The notes under the pieces: generated by a model
What the model saw: the letters and a program-made list of their open reading frames with translations, nothing else
What the model was told of the DNA's origin: nothing
Databases searched by the model: none
Position numbers and translations under genes: made by a program
NCBI GenBank assembly: GCA_963734535.1
Contig: CAVTHS010000014.1
Coordinates: 256,001-320,000, forward strand
Length of the DNA: 64,000 nucleotides
Source of the DNA: an uncultured Chloroflexia bacterium
GTDB taxonomy: Bacteria; Chloroflexota; Limnocylindria; Limnocylindrales; CSP1-4
Direction: 5' to 3'
Part shown: piece after piece, positions 51,737 to 61,414 of the stretch
Layout of the letters: every line of letters starts with the position of its first letter
How positions within the stretch are numbered: position 1 is the first letter of the stretch

Positions 51737-52705
51737 GTGCTGGTCGAAAGCGTCCCGAACGTGTCCGAGGGCCGCCGCCTGGACGTCGTGGAGCGGCTGG
51801 CGTCGGCCGCCGCGAGCGTGCCCGGCGTGCATCTCCTCGACCGCACGAGCGACGCCTCGCACAACCGGAGCGTGTTCACGCTCGCCGGCGAGGTCGAAGC
51901 CGTGACCGTCGGTCTCGAACGGCTGGTCACGACGGCGCTGGACGAGATCGACATGCGGACGCAGACCGGCGAGCACCCGCGGATCGGCGCCGTGGACGTT
52001 GTCCCGTTCGTCCCGCTCGGCGACACGACGCTGGCGGAGTGCGTCGGGTTCGCCCGCGACTTCGGGCGCGGCGTCGCCGAGCGATTCGGCCTGCCGGTCT
52101 ACCTGTATGCCGCGGCGGCCACGCGGCCGGACCGGGTCAGGCTCGCGGACGTTCGGCGCGGGCAGTACGAGGGGCTGGTCGTGGAGATCACGACGGCCGG
52201 GCGCGAGCCGGACTTCGGCCCCGCGCGGATGCACCCCCGCGGCGGGGCGATCGCGGTCGGGGCGCGGCCGTTTCTCGTCGCCTGGAACATCAACCTCGAA
52301 TCGACGGATCTCGGCCTCGCGAAGCGGATCGCGCACCGAATCCGCGAGTCGTCCGGCGGCCTGCCCGCTGTCCAGGCCAAGGGCTTCTGGATCGCTGAGC
52401 TCGGGTGCGCCCAGGTCTCGATGAACCTCCTCGACGTCGCCACCACGCCGATCTGGCGCGCCTGGGAGCTGGTGGCCGAGGAGGCGGCAGCGGACGGCGT
52501 GGGGCTCAGCGAGTCCGAGCTGATCGGCCTCGCGCCCCTGTCGGCGCTCCTCGACGTCGCCGACCACGCCGGAGCCCCGGCCGGTGCGACCGACGAGGAG
52601 CGCGTGCTGGCCGCCGGGGCCTTTCTGCGGCTTCGGGACGCGTCGCCGCTGCAGGCGCTCGAGCTGCGGCTGCGCGCTGCGTCGACCGAGAACGTCGGGA
52701 CGTGA
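51737..52705 (+). CDS. Glutamate formimidoyltransferase (stand-alone FTCD N-terminal part)
   Basis: LVESVPNVSEGR, DASHNRSV, GEHPRIGAVDVVPFVP and QVSMNL. Confidence 0.93.
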   Translation: MLVESVPNVSEGRRLDVVERLASAAASVPGVHLLDRTSDASHNRSVFTLAGEVEAVTVGLERLVTTALDEIDMRTQTGEHPRIGAVDVVPFVPLGDTTLAECVGFARDFGRGVAERFGLPVYLYAAAATRPDRVRLADVRRGQYEGLVVEITTAGREPDFGPARMHPRGGAIAVGARPFLVAWNINLESTDLGLAKRIAHRIRESSGGLPAVQAKGFWIAELGCAQVSMNLLDVATTPIWRAWELVAEEAAADGVGLSESELIGLAPLSALLDVADHAGAPAGATDEERVLAAGAFLRLRDASPLQALELRLRAASTENVGT

Positions 52706-54024
52706 GCGCCGCGCCGCGCGCGATCCTGGTCACCGGCGCGGCCGAGGTCGCGACGTGTGCGGGCGGGCTTCGTCGCGGTAGCGCCCAGGACGACCCGGCG
52801 ATCGCCCCGCCCGGTACCGCGGTCGCGTGCCTCGACGGGCGTATCGTCTCCGTGGCCCCGGAGCCCGAGGCGCGCGATGCGCTGGCCGCCGCGCTCGTTG
52901 AGGTCGGCGCCTCGCCGGACGCGTGCGACGTCATCGACGCCACCGGTTGCACCGTCACGCCGGGCCTCGTGGACCCGCACACGCACCTGCTCTTCGGCGG
53001 CAGCCGGGAGGGCGAGGTCGTCCTCCGGCAGCGCGGCGCGAGCTACCTCGAGATCCTCGCTTCCGGCGGTGGGATCCTCGCGACGGTTGCCGCGACGCGG
53101 GCGGCGTCGGACCGGGAGCTCGCCGCGCACGGGCGCCGCTGGCTGGGCGAGATGCTTCGTCACGGCGCGACCACGGTCGAGGCGAAGTCCGGCTACGGCC
53201 TCGACACGACGACCGAGCTGCGGCTGCTTGCGATCGCGGGCCGTCTCGGCGCCGACGGCCCGGTCGACGTGATTCCCACGTTCCTCGGCGCGCACGCGGT
53301 CCCGTCCGAGGTCCGGGCGGCCCATCCGGACGCGGCCGCCGCGACGGAGGCGTATGTCCGGGCCGTCATCGAGGAGCAGCTTCCTGCCGTCGCCGCCCAG
53401 GGGGTCGCCCGATCGGTGGACGTCTTCTGCGAGACCGGGGTCTTCTCGCCGGACCAGGCGCGACGAATCCTGCAGGCGGCCCGCGATCGAGGGCTGGAGA
53501 TCCGGCTTCACGCGGACGAGCTGGCGCCATCGGGCGCGGCCGAGCTCGCGGCGGAGCTCGGCGCGCTCTCCGCGGACCACCTCGGCTGCCCGTCGTCGGC
53601 CGGGATCGGTGCGCTTGCGGCTGCGGCGGGGAGTGCCCGCCCGGTCGTGGCCGTTCTGCTGCCCACGGTCCCCTGGTTCCTCGGCCTGGAGCTTCGCGAG
53701 CCTGCCCGCGAGCTCATCGAGGCGGGTGTCCCCGTCGCGATCGGGACCGATTTCAACCCCGGCACGTCGCCGGTCCCGAGCCTGCCGCTCGCGATGTCGG
53801 TGGCGATGCTCCGGCTCGGGCTGACGCCATCCGAGGTGCTCGCCGCGACGACGGTCAACGCTGCCGCGGCGCTCGGGCTCGCGGACCGCGGTGCGCTGGA
53901 GCCGGGTCGCCGCGCGGACCTCGTCGTGTGGGACGTGCCGACCCACGCCCAGCTGCCGTACTGGGCGGGTGCGGGCCTGGCCCGGGTGGTCATCGCGGGC
54001 GGGAGGCAGGTCTTCGAGCGCTGA
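52702..54024 (+). CDS. hutI: Imidazolonepropionase
   Basis: PGLVDPHTH, EAKSGYGL, FLGAHA, DVFCE, LHADEL, SADHL and GTDFNPG. Confidence 0.96.
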   Translation: MSAAPRAILVTGAAEVATCAGGLRRGSAQDDPAIAPPGTAVACLDGRIVSVAPEPEARDALAAALVEVGASPDACDVIDATGCTVTPGLVDPHTHLLFGGSREGEVVLRQRGASYLEILASGGGILATVAATRAASDRELAAHGRRWLGEMLRHGATTVEAKSGYGLDTTTELRLLAIAGRLGADGPVDVIPTFLGAHAVPSEVRAAHPDAAAATEAYVRAVIEEQLPAVAAQGVARSVDVFCETGVFSPDQARRILQAARDRGLEIRLHADELAPSGAAELAAELGALSADHLGCPSSAGIGALAAAAGSARPVVAVLLPTVPWFLGLELREPARELIEAGVPVAIGTDFNPGTSPVPSLPLAMSVAMLRLGLTPSEVLAATTVNAAAALGLADRGALEPGRRADLVVWDVPTHAQLPYWAGAGLARVVIAGGRQVFER

Positions 54025-54128
54025 GCGTTGGCGCGTCGTGCGCGCGAGGCGGGCGACCGGCGCGGCCGCACGGGACCGGGCGTCGACCCCGCACGCCCCA
54101 GAGGCGGCGGCCGAACCCGCTGATGGAG

Positions 54129-54803
54129 CTAGATCCTGCCGCGCGACTCCAGGAGCACGGTCGTGGTCTCGTCGGGCACGCTGCTCGGCGTGACGGTCAG
54201 CTTCGCCTGGGGCGCGATGTCCTTGGCGCCCATCTCGTGCAGGAACCTGGCGAGCGCCTCGTCGCATTCCCGCTCGTCCTCGCACACCGGCATCGGCACG
54301 ACGATCTTCGGGTCGAGCTGGGCGATGACCTCGGCCGCGTGCGTCGCGCTCAGCTGCCCGCCGATCGGGACGCAGGCGACGTCGATCGGGCCGATCTCGC
54401 CGATCTTCTCCTCGGTCAGGATGTGGGCGATGTCGCCCAGGTGCGCGACGCGGATGCCGTCGAGCTCAACGGCGAAGACGACGTTGCGTCCGCGGTCGGC
54501 CCCGTGCTTGTCGTCCCGGAAGGTCCGGACGCCCGTGACCAGGACGTGCTTGACCTCGTACTCGCCTGGTCCCTCGAGCACGAACGCATGCTCCAGGCTC
54601 GTCGGGAGGTGGATCCCGCCGTCGCGCGTGGTAACGCCCTTGGCGCGAGACAGCGGGTCATCGTCCGGGTGGCTGAACGTGACGATGTCGCCGGTGATGC
54701 CGCGACCGGTCGGCCCGACGACGGCCGGGTACGCATCCGCAACCACCACGGCGTCTTTGCCCTTGAGGCGGACGCACGTGCGTCCGAACCACTGCAATTC
54801 CAT
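54129..54803 (-). CDS. MBL-fold metallo-hydrolase (Lactamase_B_3-like)
   Basis: MELQWFG..CVRL, GPGEYEV, AHLGD and IVVPM; the metal-binding His motif is degenerate (SHPDDD). Confidence 0.8.
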   Translation of the reverse strand: MELQWFGRTCVRLKGKDAVVVADAYPAVVGPTGRGITGDIVTFSHPDDDPLSRAKGVTTRDGGIHLPTSLEHAFVLEGPGEYEVKHVLVTGVRTFRDDKHGADRGRNVVFAVELDGIRVAHLGDIAHILTEEKIGEIGPIDVACVPIGGQLSATHAAEVIAQLDPKIVVPMPVCEDERECDEALARFLHEMGAKDIAPQAKLTVTPSSVPDETTTVLLESRGRI

Positions 54804-54900
54804 GTCCCAATTCTGCCATGCGGCGGTTACCGGGCGTTGCCCGCGGGCGGCTGACGCGCCGCCGTGGTCGGTTCGTGTCGGCGGGGCCGAGGCCGCCCGG

Positions 54901-54998
54901 AAAAGGAGGACCGGGAGCGCCTGCCCAATTGGCGCTCCCGGTCGGAGGGAGGGAGGAAGGACCTGGCGGCTCGGAGGGTTTCGTTCCGCAGCTCCTTG
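54901..54998 (-). ncRNA. Candidate small RNA with a C-rich anti-SD-like tract and an intrinsic terminator
   Basis: Minus strand: -10 TACTCT (55005-55010), AAGGA...TCCTT stem, CCTTCCTCCCTCCCTCC, perfect 13-bp stem (54909-54943), then CTCCTTTT. Confidence 0.55.
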
Positions 54999-55063
54999 AC
55001 CTGAAGAGTACGCAACGCGGGTGAATCCCCAAGACGGCAGACGATGAAGAAACCGCTATATCC

Positions 55064-55165
55064 GGCGTCGCGCATGACGCCGTCCGACGTCGCGCACGAC
55101 CCGTGGCGTCGCGCACGACTCGCTCGCGGCGGCGCGCACGACGCTCGAGGCGCGCACGACTCGCT
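55064..55165. repeat. Five spaced GCGCA(C/T)GAC direct repeats
   Basis: Copies at 55070, 55092, 55111, 55134 and 55152. Confidence 0.7.
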
Positions 55166-55235
55166 CTCCGGGGCGTGTCGACTCCCACGCGGGGCGCGTG
55201 CGGGCACCTCGGGGGCCGCGTGCGACAATCCAGCC

Positions 55236-56621
55236 ATGCTCTCCAGCCTGGTTCCCGAGCGCGCCGGGCGTGCCACGCGCTCTCGCGGGACCGCGCGAGC
55301 CGTCCTCGGACTCCTCGTCACCGGCGCTGCTCCTGATTGGCTGCGGATCGAACGGCCCGTCGCCGGCGCAGTCGACGATCCCATGGCCGCCGCCGCGTCC
55401 CCGGCGGCCTCGACCCCGAGCGCGACGAGCCCCAACCCGGTTTCCCAGAGCCCAGGCCCGAACGCATCCGTCGACACCGCCGCGCTCTACCGCCAGATCG
55501 AGGACGACGTCATCGCGCTCCGCGGGCTGCCCGCGAAGCAGCGCCTCATCCCGACGATCCTCGACGAGGCGCAGGTCCGGGTCCGCCTGGAGGCGCAGTT
55601 CCGCGCCGAGAACCCCCCCGCGGAGATCGCGGCATCCCAGGCGACGCTCATCGCGATGGGCCTCCTGCCGCCCGGCACGTCGCTCGAGACCCTGTACGTG
55701 AACCTTCTCGGATCGCAGGTCGCCGGCTACTACGATCCCGCGACGAAGCAGATCTACGTCGTCGCGCGAACTGGCCGGATCGGGGCGGTCGAGAAGGTCA
55801 CGTTCGCGCACGAGTTCACGCACGCGCTCCAGGACCAGAACTTCGGGCTCGAAGGAATCCAGACGGACGCCATCGGGCAGGGGGATCGATCGATGGCGCG
55901 CCTCGCGCTCATCGAGGGCGACGCGTCGCTGCTGATGACCCAGTGGCTGACCGGCCACCTCGACACCGCCGGGATCTCGGAGATCCTGGCCGGCGATCCG
56001 GCTGCACAGGCACAGCTGGACGCGGCCCCGCCCTTCATCCGCGACGGGCTGCTCTTCCCGTACATGCAGGGCGTCCTGTTCGTCAGCTCGATCTGGGCGA
56101 ACGGCGGGTGGAAGGCGGTTGACCGTGCCTTCGGGAGGCTGCCGGACTCGACCGAGCAGGTGCTCCACGTCGACAAGTACGCAGCCGACGAGCGTCCGGT
56201 CACCGTGCCCCTCGACGCGCCCGCGATCGCGGCGCGCCTTGGTGCCGGTTGGAAGGCCACGCCGGCCGACACCCTGGGCGAGTTCCAGGTTGGCTCGTGG
56301 CTGCGGGCACGCGGCGTGACGGGCGCGGGCGGCGGCGTGAGCGGCGATGCCGCGGCCGCGGGATGGGGCGGCGACCGCTACGCGCTGATCGACGGCCCGA
56401 ACGGGGCCTACGCGCTGGTCGTCCTCACCACGTGGGACACGCCCGCCGACGCGACGGAGTTCTCGACCGCGGCCACCGAGGCGATACGCGGGGTCCCGGG
56501 CGAGGCGCGGGTGGCGAGGATCGCGTCCGGCGCCGCGATCCCGGGGGGCGCGGAGGTGGCGGTCCTGTTCGCGAGCGATGCCTCGACGCTCGAGAAGCTG
56601 GCGGCCGCGGCGCTGCCCTGA
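55236..56621 (+). CDS. Probable lipoprotein zinc metallopeptidase (HEXXH...E); the N-terminus probably has compensating frameshifts
   Basis: VAGYYDP, FAHEFTHALQDQNF, ALIEGDA, FPYMQG, STEQVLH and AAAGWGGDR. An alternate frame gives the lipobox LLIGC. Confidence 0.8.
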   Translation: MLSSLVPERAGRATRSRGTARAVLGLLVTGAAPDWLRIERPVAGAVDDPMAAAASPAASTPSATSPNPVSQSPGPNASVDTAALYRQIEDDVIALRGLPAKQRLIPTILDEAQVRVRLEAQFRAENPPAEIAASQATLIAMGLLPPGTSLETLYVNLLGSQVAGYYDPATKQIYVVARTGRIGAVEKVTFAHEFTHALQDQNFGLEGIQTDAIGQGDRSMARLALIEGDASLLMTQWLTGHLDTAGISEILAGDPAAQAQLDAAPPFIRDGLLFPYMQGVLFVSSIWANGGWKAVDRAFGRLPDSTEQVLHVDKYAADERPVTVPLDAPAIAARLGAGWKATPADTLGEFQVGSWLRARGVTGAGGGVSGDAAAAGWGGDRYALIDGPNGAYALVVLTTWDTPADATEFSTAATEAIRGVPGEARVARIASGAAIPGGAEVAVLFASDASTLEKLAAAALP

Positions 56622-56699
56622 CCCGGGCTGCACCCGGCCCCGGTCGGGCGGGGACGGACCAGGCCGCACGGCTCGCCGATCGTCCGCGCCTGATCTCGC

Positions 56700-58391
56700 C
56701 TACATCGCCTCCGGCGCGGAGATCCCCAGGAGGCCGAGCGCGCCGGCGAGCGTCAGCTGCGTCGCTCGCACGAGCGACAGCCGGGCGACCGAGCGCTCCG
56801 GCTCGGCCGGGTCGACCACGCGCGCGTCCCGGTAGAACGCGTGGAACTGGGTCGCGAGGTCGGTCGCGTACCCCGTGATCCCGTGTGTCTCCTCGGCCGA
56901 CGCCGCGTCCTCGACGACCTCCGGGAAGCGGGTCAGCGCCCGGGCAAGCGCCGCCTCCGGCGCACCAGCGATCGCGGCCGGACCGAACGCTGCTCCGGGC
57001 GCGAGGCCCGCTTCGGCTGCCTTGCGGATGATCGAGGCGATCCGGGCGTGCGCGTACTGGACGTAGTAGACGGGATTCTCCGCCGACTGCTTCTTCGCGA
57101 GCTCGATGTCGAAGTCGATCCCGGAGGTGTATCCGCGCGCGGCGAAGAACCAGCGCGCCGCGTCGACGCCGATCTCCGAGAGCAGATCGTCGAGCGTGAT
57201 GAACTCGCCCGCCCGCTTCGACATGGACACCTCGACGCCGTCCCGGACGAAGCGGACCCAGGCCATCAGGATCATCTGGACCGCCTCGCGGTCGTAGCCC
57301 ATCGCGGCGGCGGCATTGCGAAGCCGCGCGACCGTCCCGTGGTGGTCGGCGCCCCAGATGTAGACGAGCCGGTCGAAGCCGCGACTGAACTTCTCGACGA
57401 CGTAGCCGATGTCCGAGCCGAAGTACGTCCAGTCGCCGTTGGACTTGCGGACCACGCGGTCCTTGTCGTCGCCGAACGCGGTCGAGCGGAACCAGAGCGC
57501 TCCGTCACCCTCGAAGAGCGCGCCAGCCGCCTCCAGGCGTTCGACCGCCCGCGCGACCCATCCGTCGCGATACAGCGAGCCTTCGCTCCTCCAGACGTCG
57601 AAGCGGACGCCGAGGTGTGCCAGCGATGCCTCGATCCCGGCCCTGACCCGCTCCGAGGCCCACTGGCCGACGACCTCGACCGGGTCCGCGCCCGTGACCT
57701 CTGCTGCGGCCCACACGTCGTCGGGAATCTCGGCCGCGAGCTCGCCGACGTAGGCGCCCCGGTAGGCCTCCTCCGGCAGCGGCTCGCTTCGCCGGAGCGC
57801 GACGACCGACGCGCCGAGGTTGCGCACCTGGGCCCCGAAATCGTTGAAGTAGTACTCGCGCGTCACCTCGTGGCCGGCCGCCTCGAGCACCCGGCAGAGC
57901 AGGTCCCCCACGAACGCGCCCCGCGCGTTGCCGATGTGGAGCGGCCCGGTCGGGTTCGCGGACACGAACTCGACGTTGACGCGGTGCGGCGCGGCCGCCG
58001 GGACGTGGCCCCAGACGTCCGGGCGTGCCAGGACCGCCGCGACGACGTCCGCAAGCGCCGCGTCGGCGAGCGTCACGTTGAGGAAGCCGGGCGCGGCGAC
58101 CGTCACGCTCCCGACGATGGAGCCGGGGCGTTCGGCGAGCTCGGCAGCGAGCGCCTCTGCGATCCGCAGCGGCGCCATCCGGCATGGCCGGGCCAGCTTC
58201 ATCGCGAGGTTCGACGACAGATCGCCGTGCTCCGGGTTCCCCGGGCGCTCGATCTCGATCTCGGGGCGCTCGAGGGCGGCAACGGGCGGCAGCGCGCCCG
58301 CGACGGTGGCACGTTCCCATGCAGCCTCGAGCGCGGTTCGCACGCGCGTGCGGAGCGGCACGAACATTGCGGGCTCGTCGGCCTGGTTCAC
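56700..58391 (-). CDS. argS: Arginyl-tRNA synthetase
   Basis: VEFVSANPTGPLHIGNARG, GADHHG, MSKRAG and YVQYAHAR; GTG 58391 with AGGAGG RBS. Confidence 0.97.
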   Translation of the reverse strand: MNQADEPAMFVPLRTRVRTALEAAWERATVAGALPPVAALERPEIEIERPGNPEHGDLSSNLAMKLARPCRMAPLRIAEALAAELAERPGSIVGSVTVAAPGFLNVTLADAALADVVAAVLARPDVWGHVPAAAPHRVNVEFVSANPTGPLHIGNARGAFVGDLLCRVLEAAGHEVTREYYFNDFGAQVRNLGASVVALRRSEPLPEEAYRGAYVGELAAEIPDDVWAAAEVTGADPVEVVGQWASERVRAGIEASLAHLGVRFDVWRSEGSLYRDGWVARAVERLEAAGALFEGDGALWFRSTAFGDDKDRVVRKSNGDWTYFGSDIGYVVEKFSRGFDRLVYIWGADHHGTVARLRNAAAAMGYDREAVQMILMAWVRFVRDGVEVSMSKRAGEFITLDDLLSEIGVDAARWFFAARGYTSGIDFDIELAKKQSAENPVYYVQYAHARIASIIRKAAEAGLAPGAAFGPAAIAGAPEAALARALTRFPEVVEDAASAEETHGITGYATDLATQFHAFYRDARVVDPAEPERSVARLSLVRATQLTLAGALGLLGISAPEAM

Positions 58392-58827
58392 GCTGCCTCC
58401 TGGGGTGCTCCGAGGTTCGGGAACGGCGCCGCAAAGGGTACGGGCGGCCCGGGGCGCATCGTAGCCGAGCGACGATGCGGTGGTCCTCGCCGAGGTGTCA
58501 GCGTGTCGGTGACGGCCGCCATCGTCGGCACGGGAGGGAGCGATGCCTCCCGACCCGTCAGCGGCTGCCCGGACCCAGTACGGCCGGGGGGGTGAGCCCG
58601 GTACCGGTTCGTTGCGGGCGCGCACCGACATTGCGCCGACGTGGGCGGAGCGGTGCGGTCCGGACCTCTCGCGCCACCCCACGAGTACTGGACGGTCCCT
58701 CAGCGCTCGGTCACCCTTGCCTGTGCAACAGGACCAATTGGCGCGTCTCTTCATCTCCAAACGGCCCCGTCGCATCGTCGTCATCCGCGGCGCTCTTCGG
58801 CCGCACAGTTCGGGGACAGGGAGATCG

Positions 58828-61299
58828 ATGGACACCAATATCCCGCGCCGAAGGCGCGCCAACACCATTCGCAGGGCGGGCTGGCTCGCAGTCGCCCTCT
58901 TGATGACCCTCTCGCTCGTCGGTCCCGGCGCTGCCGGAGTCGCGGCGGTGGGTACGGAATCCAGGATGGCGACGCCCGAGATGCGCGCATCCGTCGCACC
59001 CGGCTGCGGCGTCGTCCCGCTCGACGTCGAGATCATCCTCGACAACTCGGGCTCGATGACCACGAACAGCAACGGCTCACCGGCCAAGACCCGTGCCCAG
59101 TGGGCTCAGGTCGCGATCAACCAGCTGATCGACCAGCTCGACGCGAGCGGTGGCGTTGGCACGGGCCCTGCCACCTCGACCGGCAGCCGCCACCGCGTCG
59201 GACTCACCAAGTTCGCCGGGGACACGGCCTCCGTGCTGTCTGCGCTGGGTTCCCGCAATGCGGCCACGACGAAGGCCTTGGTGCCCTCCGTCGGCAACGG
59301 CAACACGCCGTTCAAGCAGGGCATGGCGGTCGGGGCCGCCGACCTCGCGGCTCATGCTCGTTCGACCGACTTCGGGTTGGACGTCCGCCACATCATCATC
59401 TTCCTGTCCGACGGCCGACCGTGGCCGGATTCCAGTGCGCGGCGCCCGAACACCTCCGAGATCGCCAGCTTCCAGGGCGCCGCGGACGAGGTCTTCTCGA
59501 TCGCCATCGGCGCACCGGGTGGGTCCGCATCCGATGCAATCGACCTCGCGCTCATGCGATCGCTCGCCAAGCCGGACCTCAACCACTACTCGAACATCGT
59601 CAGCTCGGCCGACCTGCCGGCGGCGTTCGCTGGCATCTTCAACACGATTGCCTGCCCGACGCCGGGTCTCGGCATCAAGAAGACGGCCACGGAGTCCAGC
59701 TTCGACGCGGCAGGTGCAACCCTGCATTACACGATCGTCGCCACGAACACGGGAACCGCGACGCTCCACGGTGTCACCGTCGTCGACCCGAAGCTCGGCA
59801 CGCTCGCCTGTGCGCCGGCCCAGCCCGCGACACTTGCTCCCACCGAGACGGTCTCGTGCACAGGCACCTACACGACCACCCAGGCTGACGTCGATGCCGG
59901 CAAGGTCGACAACACCGCCACGGCCGACAGCGACGAGACTCCGGCGGTCCCCGACTCGGCGACCGTTCCGGCCCGCAAGAGCCCGGCTCTCGGCATCGCG
60001 AAGACGGCCACGGAGCCCAGCTTCGATGCAGCCGACGCCACCCTCCACTACACGATCGTCGCGACGAACACGGGCAACGTCACGCTCCACGGGGTGACCG
60101 TCGTCGATCCGAAGCTCGGAACGCTCGCCTGTGCGCCGGCCCAGCCCGCGACACTTGCTCCCACCGAGACGGTCTCGTGCACAGGCACCTACGCGACCAC
60201 CCAGGCCGACGTCGATGCCGGCAAGGTCGACAACACCGCCACGGCCGACAGCGACGAGACTCCGTCGGTCCCCGACTCGGCGACCGTTCCGGCTGACCAG
60301 AGCCCGGCTCTCGGCATCGAGAAGACCGCGACCGAGTCCAGCTTCGATGCGGCCGACGCCACGCTCCACTACACGATCGTCGCCACGAACATTGGCAACA
60401 TCACGCTCCACGGAGTGACCGTCGTCGACCCGAAGCTCGGCACGCTCGCTTGTGCGCCGGCCCAGCCCGCGACACTTGCTCCCACCGAGACGCTCTCGTG
60501 CACAGGCACCTACGCGACCACCCAGGCCGACGTCGACGCCGGTGGGGTTGACAACACCGCCTCGGCCCAAGCCGAGAATGTCGACCCGATCACGGACTCA
60601 GCGAGGGTGCCCGCGGCCCAGGGCCCCGCCCTTACAGTCACGAAGGGCGTCAACCTCAGCGGTGAAGGCGACTTCGCTCCGAACCTGAGCACGACAGTCG
60701 GCACGACCGTCCACTATCGGATCGTGATCTCCAACACCGGAAACGTGACGCTTACCGGCGTCACGCTCTCCGACAGTCGGTCCAACCTGGCCGACGTTGG
60801 TTGCACCGTCCCGTCCACGCTCGCCGTTGGCGCCAGCTTCACGTGCGACTACACCGCGACGGCGCAGGCCGGGACCACGACCAACACCGCGACCGCCAAC
60901 AGCGAGACGACCGAGGAGCCGGTCGACGACTCGGCGGCGGTGTTCGCACCGCAGCCGCCCACGCCAACCTGCCAAGAGCTGGGAACTTGCCCGAGCCCGA
61001 GCCCGAGCGCAAGCCCGAGCGCAAGCCCGAGCGCGAGCCCGAGCGCGAGCCCGAGCGCAAGTCCGTCGCCATCTCCGCAGAGCAGTGTCGAGGCGGCCAC
61101 CTCGAGTCCGACTGGAAACGTCGGTGGAGCGACCGGCAGGCCGCACCTGACCCCGCCGCCGACCGCCGCCCTGGGCAGCACCACGGGCCAGCCGGCAGGT
61201 GACACTTGGCGGATCGCCCTCCTGGCGCTCGCCGCCCTCCTCGCCAGCCTCCTGGTCTTCACTTCGAGCACGACCAGCCCGGAGCGCCGCCGCCGCTAA
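58828..61299 (+). CDS. Surface adhesin: signal peptide, vWA domain, tandem DUF11/DUF7507-like Ig repeats, SPSA linker and C-terminal sorting signal
   Basis: MIDAS DNSGS, T and SDG; repeats LHYTIVATNTGNVTL..V.VVDP...TQADVDAGKVDNTATA; TPPPT-TM-RRRR. Confidence 0.88.
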   Translation: MDTNIPRRRRANTIRRAGWLAVALLMTLSLVGPGAAGVAAVGTESRMATPEMRASVAPGCGVVPLDVEIILDNSGSMTTNSNGSPAKTRAQWAQVAINQLIDQLDASGGVGTGPATSTGSRHRVGLTKFAGDTASVLSALGSRNAATTKALVPSVGNGNTPFKQGMAVGAADLAAHARSTDFGLDVRHIIIFLSDGRPWPDSSARRPNTSEIASFQGAADEVFSIAIGAPGGSASDAIDLALMRSLAKPDLNHYSNIVSSADLPAAFAGIFNTIACPTPGLGIKKTATESSFDAAGATLHYTIVATNTGTATLHGVTVVDPKLGTLACAPAQPATLAPTETVSCTGTYTTTQADVDAGKVDNTATADSDETPAVPDSATVPARKSPALGIAKTATEPSFDAADATLHYTIVATNTGNVTLHGVTVVDPKLGTLACAPAQPATLAPTETVSCTGTYATTQADVDAGKVDNTATADSDETPSVPDSATVPADQSPALGIEKTATESSFDAADATLHYTIVATNIGNITLHGVTVVDPKLGTLACAPAQPATLAPTETLSCTGTYATTQADVDAGGVDNTASAQAENVDPITDSARVPAAQGPALTVTKGVNLSGEGDFAPNLSTTVGTTVHYRIVISNTGNVTLTGVTLSDSRSNLADVGCTVPSTLAVGASFTCDYTATAQAGTTTNTATANSETTEEPVDDSAAVFAPQPPTPTCQELGTCPSPSPSASPSASPSASPSASPSASPSPSPQSSVEAATSSPTGNVGGATGRPHLTPPPTAALGSTTGQPAGDTWRIALLALAALLASLLVFTSSTTSPERRRR
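59662..60624 (+). repeat. Three near-identical 321-bp intragenic repeats
   Basis: CTCGGCATC anchors at 59668, 59989 and 60310 (period 321). Confidence 0.92.
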
Positions 61300-61333
61300 C
61301 GCTCCGCACCATACGCTGTCCCCGAGACGCCCG

Positions 61334-61364
61334 GACGCCGGGGCCTTCCAAGGGCCCCGGCGTC
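61334..61364. terminator. Hairpin between convergent genes
   Basis: GACGCCGGGGCC-N7-GGCCCCGGCGTC. Confidence 0.7.
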
Positions 61365-61414
61365 TCGATTCCCGGGCCGCGCGAGGCGCGGGACCAGCGG
61401 CGACTTTCGAGGGG

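Noticed and set aside
42597-55165. Short repeat arrays (42621, 44536, 47070, 48530, 55070) considered as CRISPR
   Set aside because: Tandem or irregularly spaced, with no unique equal-length spacers and no cas genes.
58725-58752. ECF-sigma promoter TGCAAC...CGTC upstream of the adhesin
   Set aside because: The spacer is only about 14 nt, shorter than typical.
59662-60624. Near-identical repeats as a DGR template/variable pair
   Set aside because: They are in-frame tandem domain repeats, the differences are not adenine-specific, and no reverse transcriptase is present.
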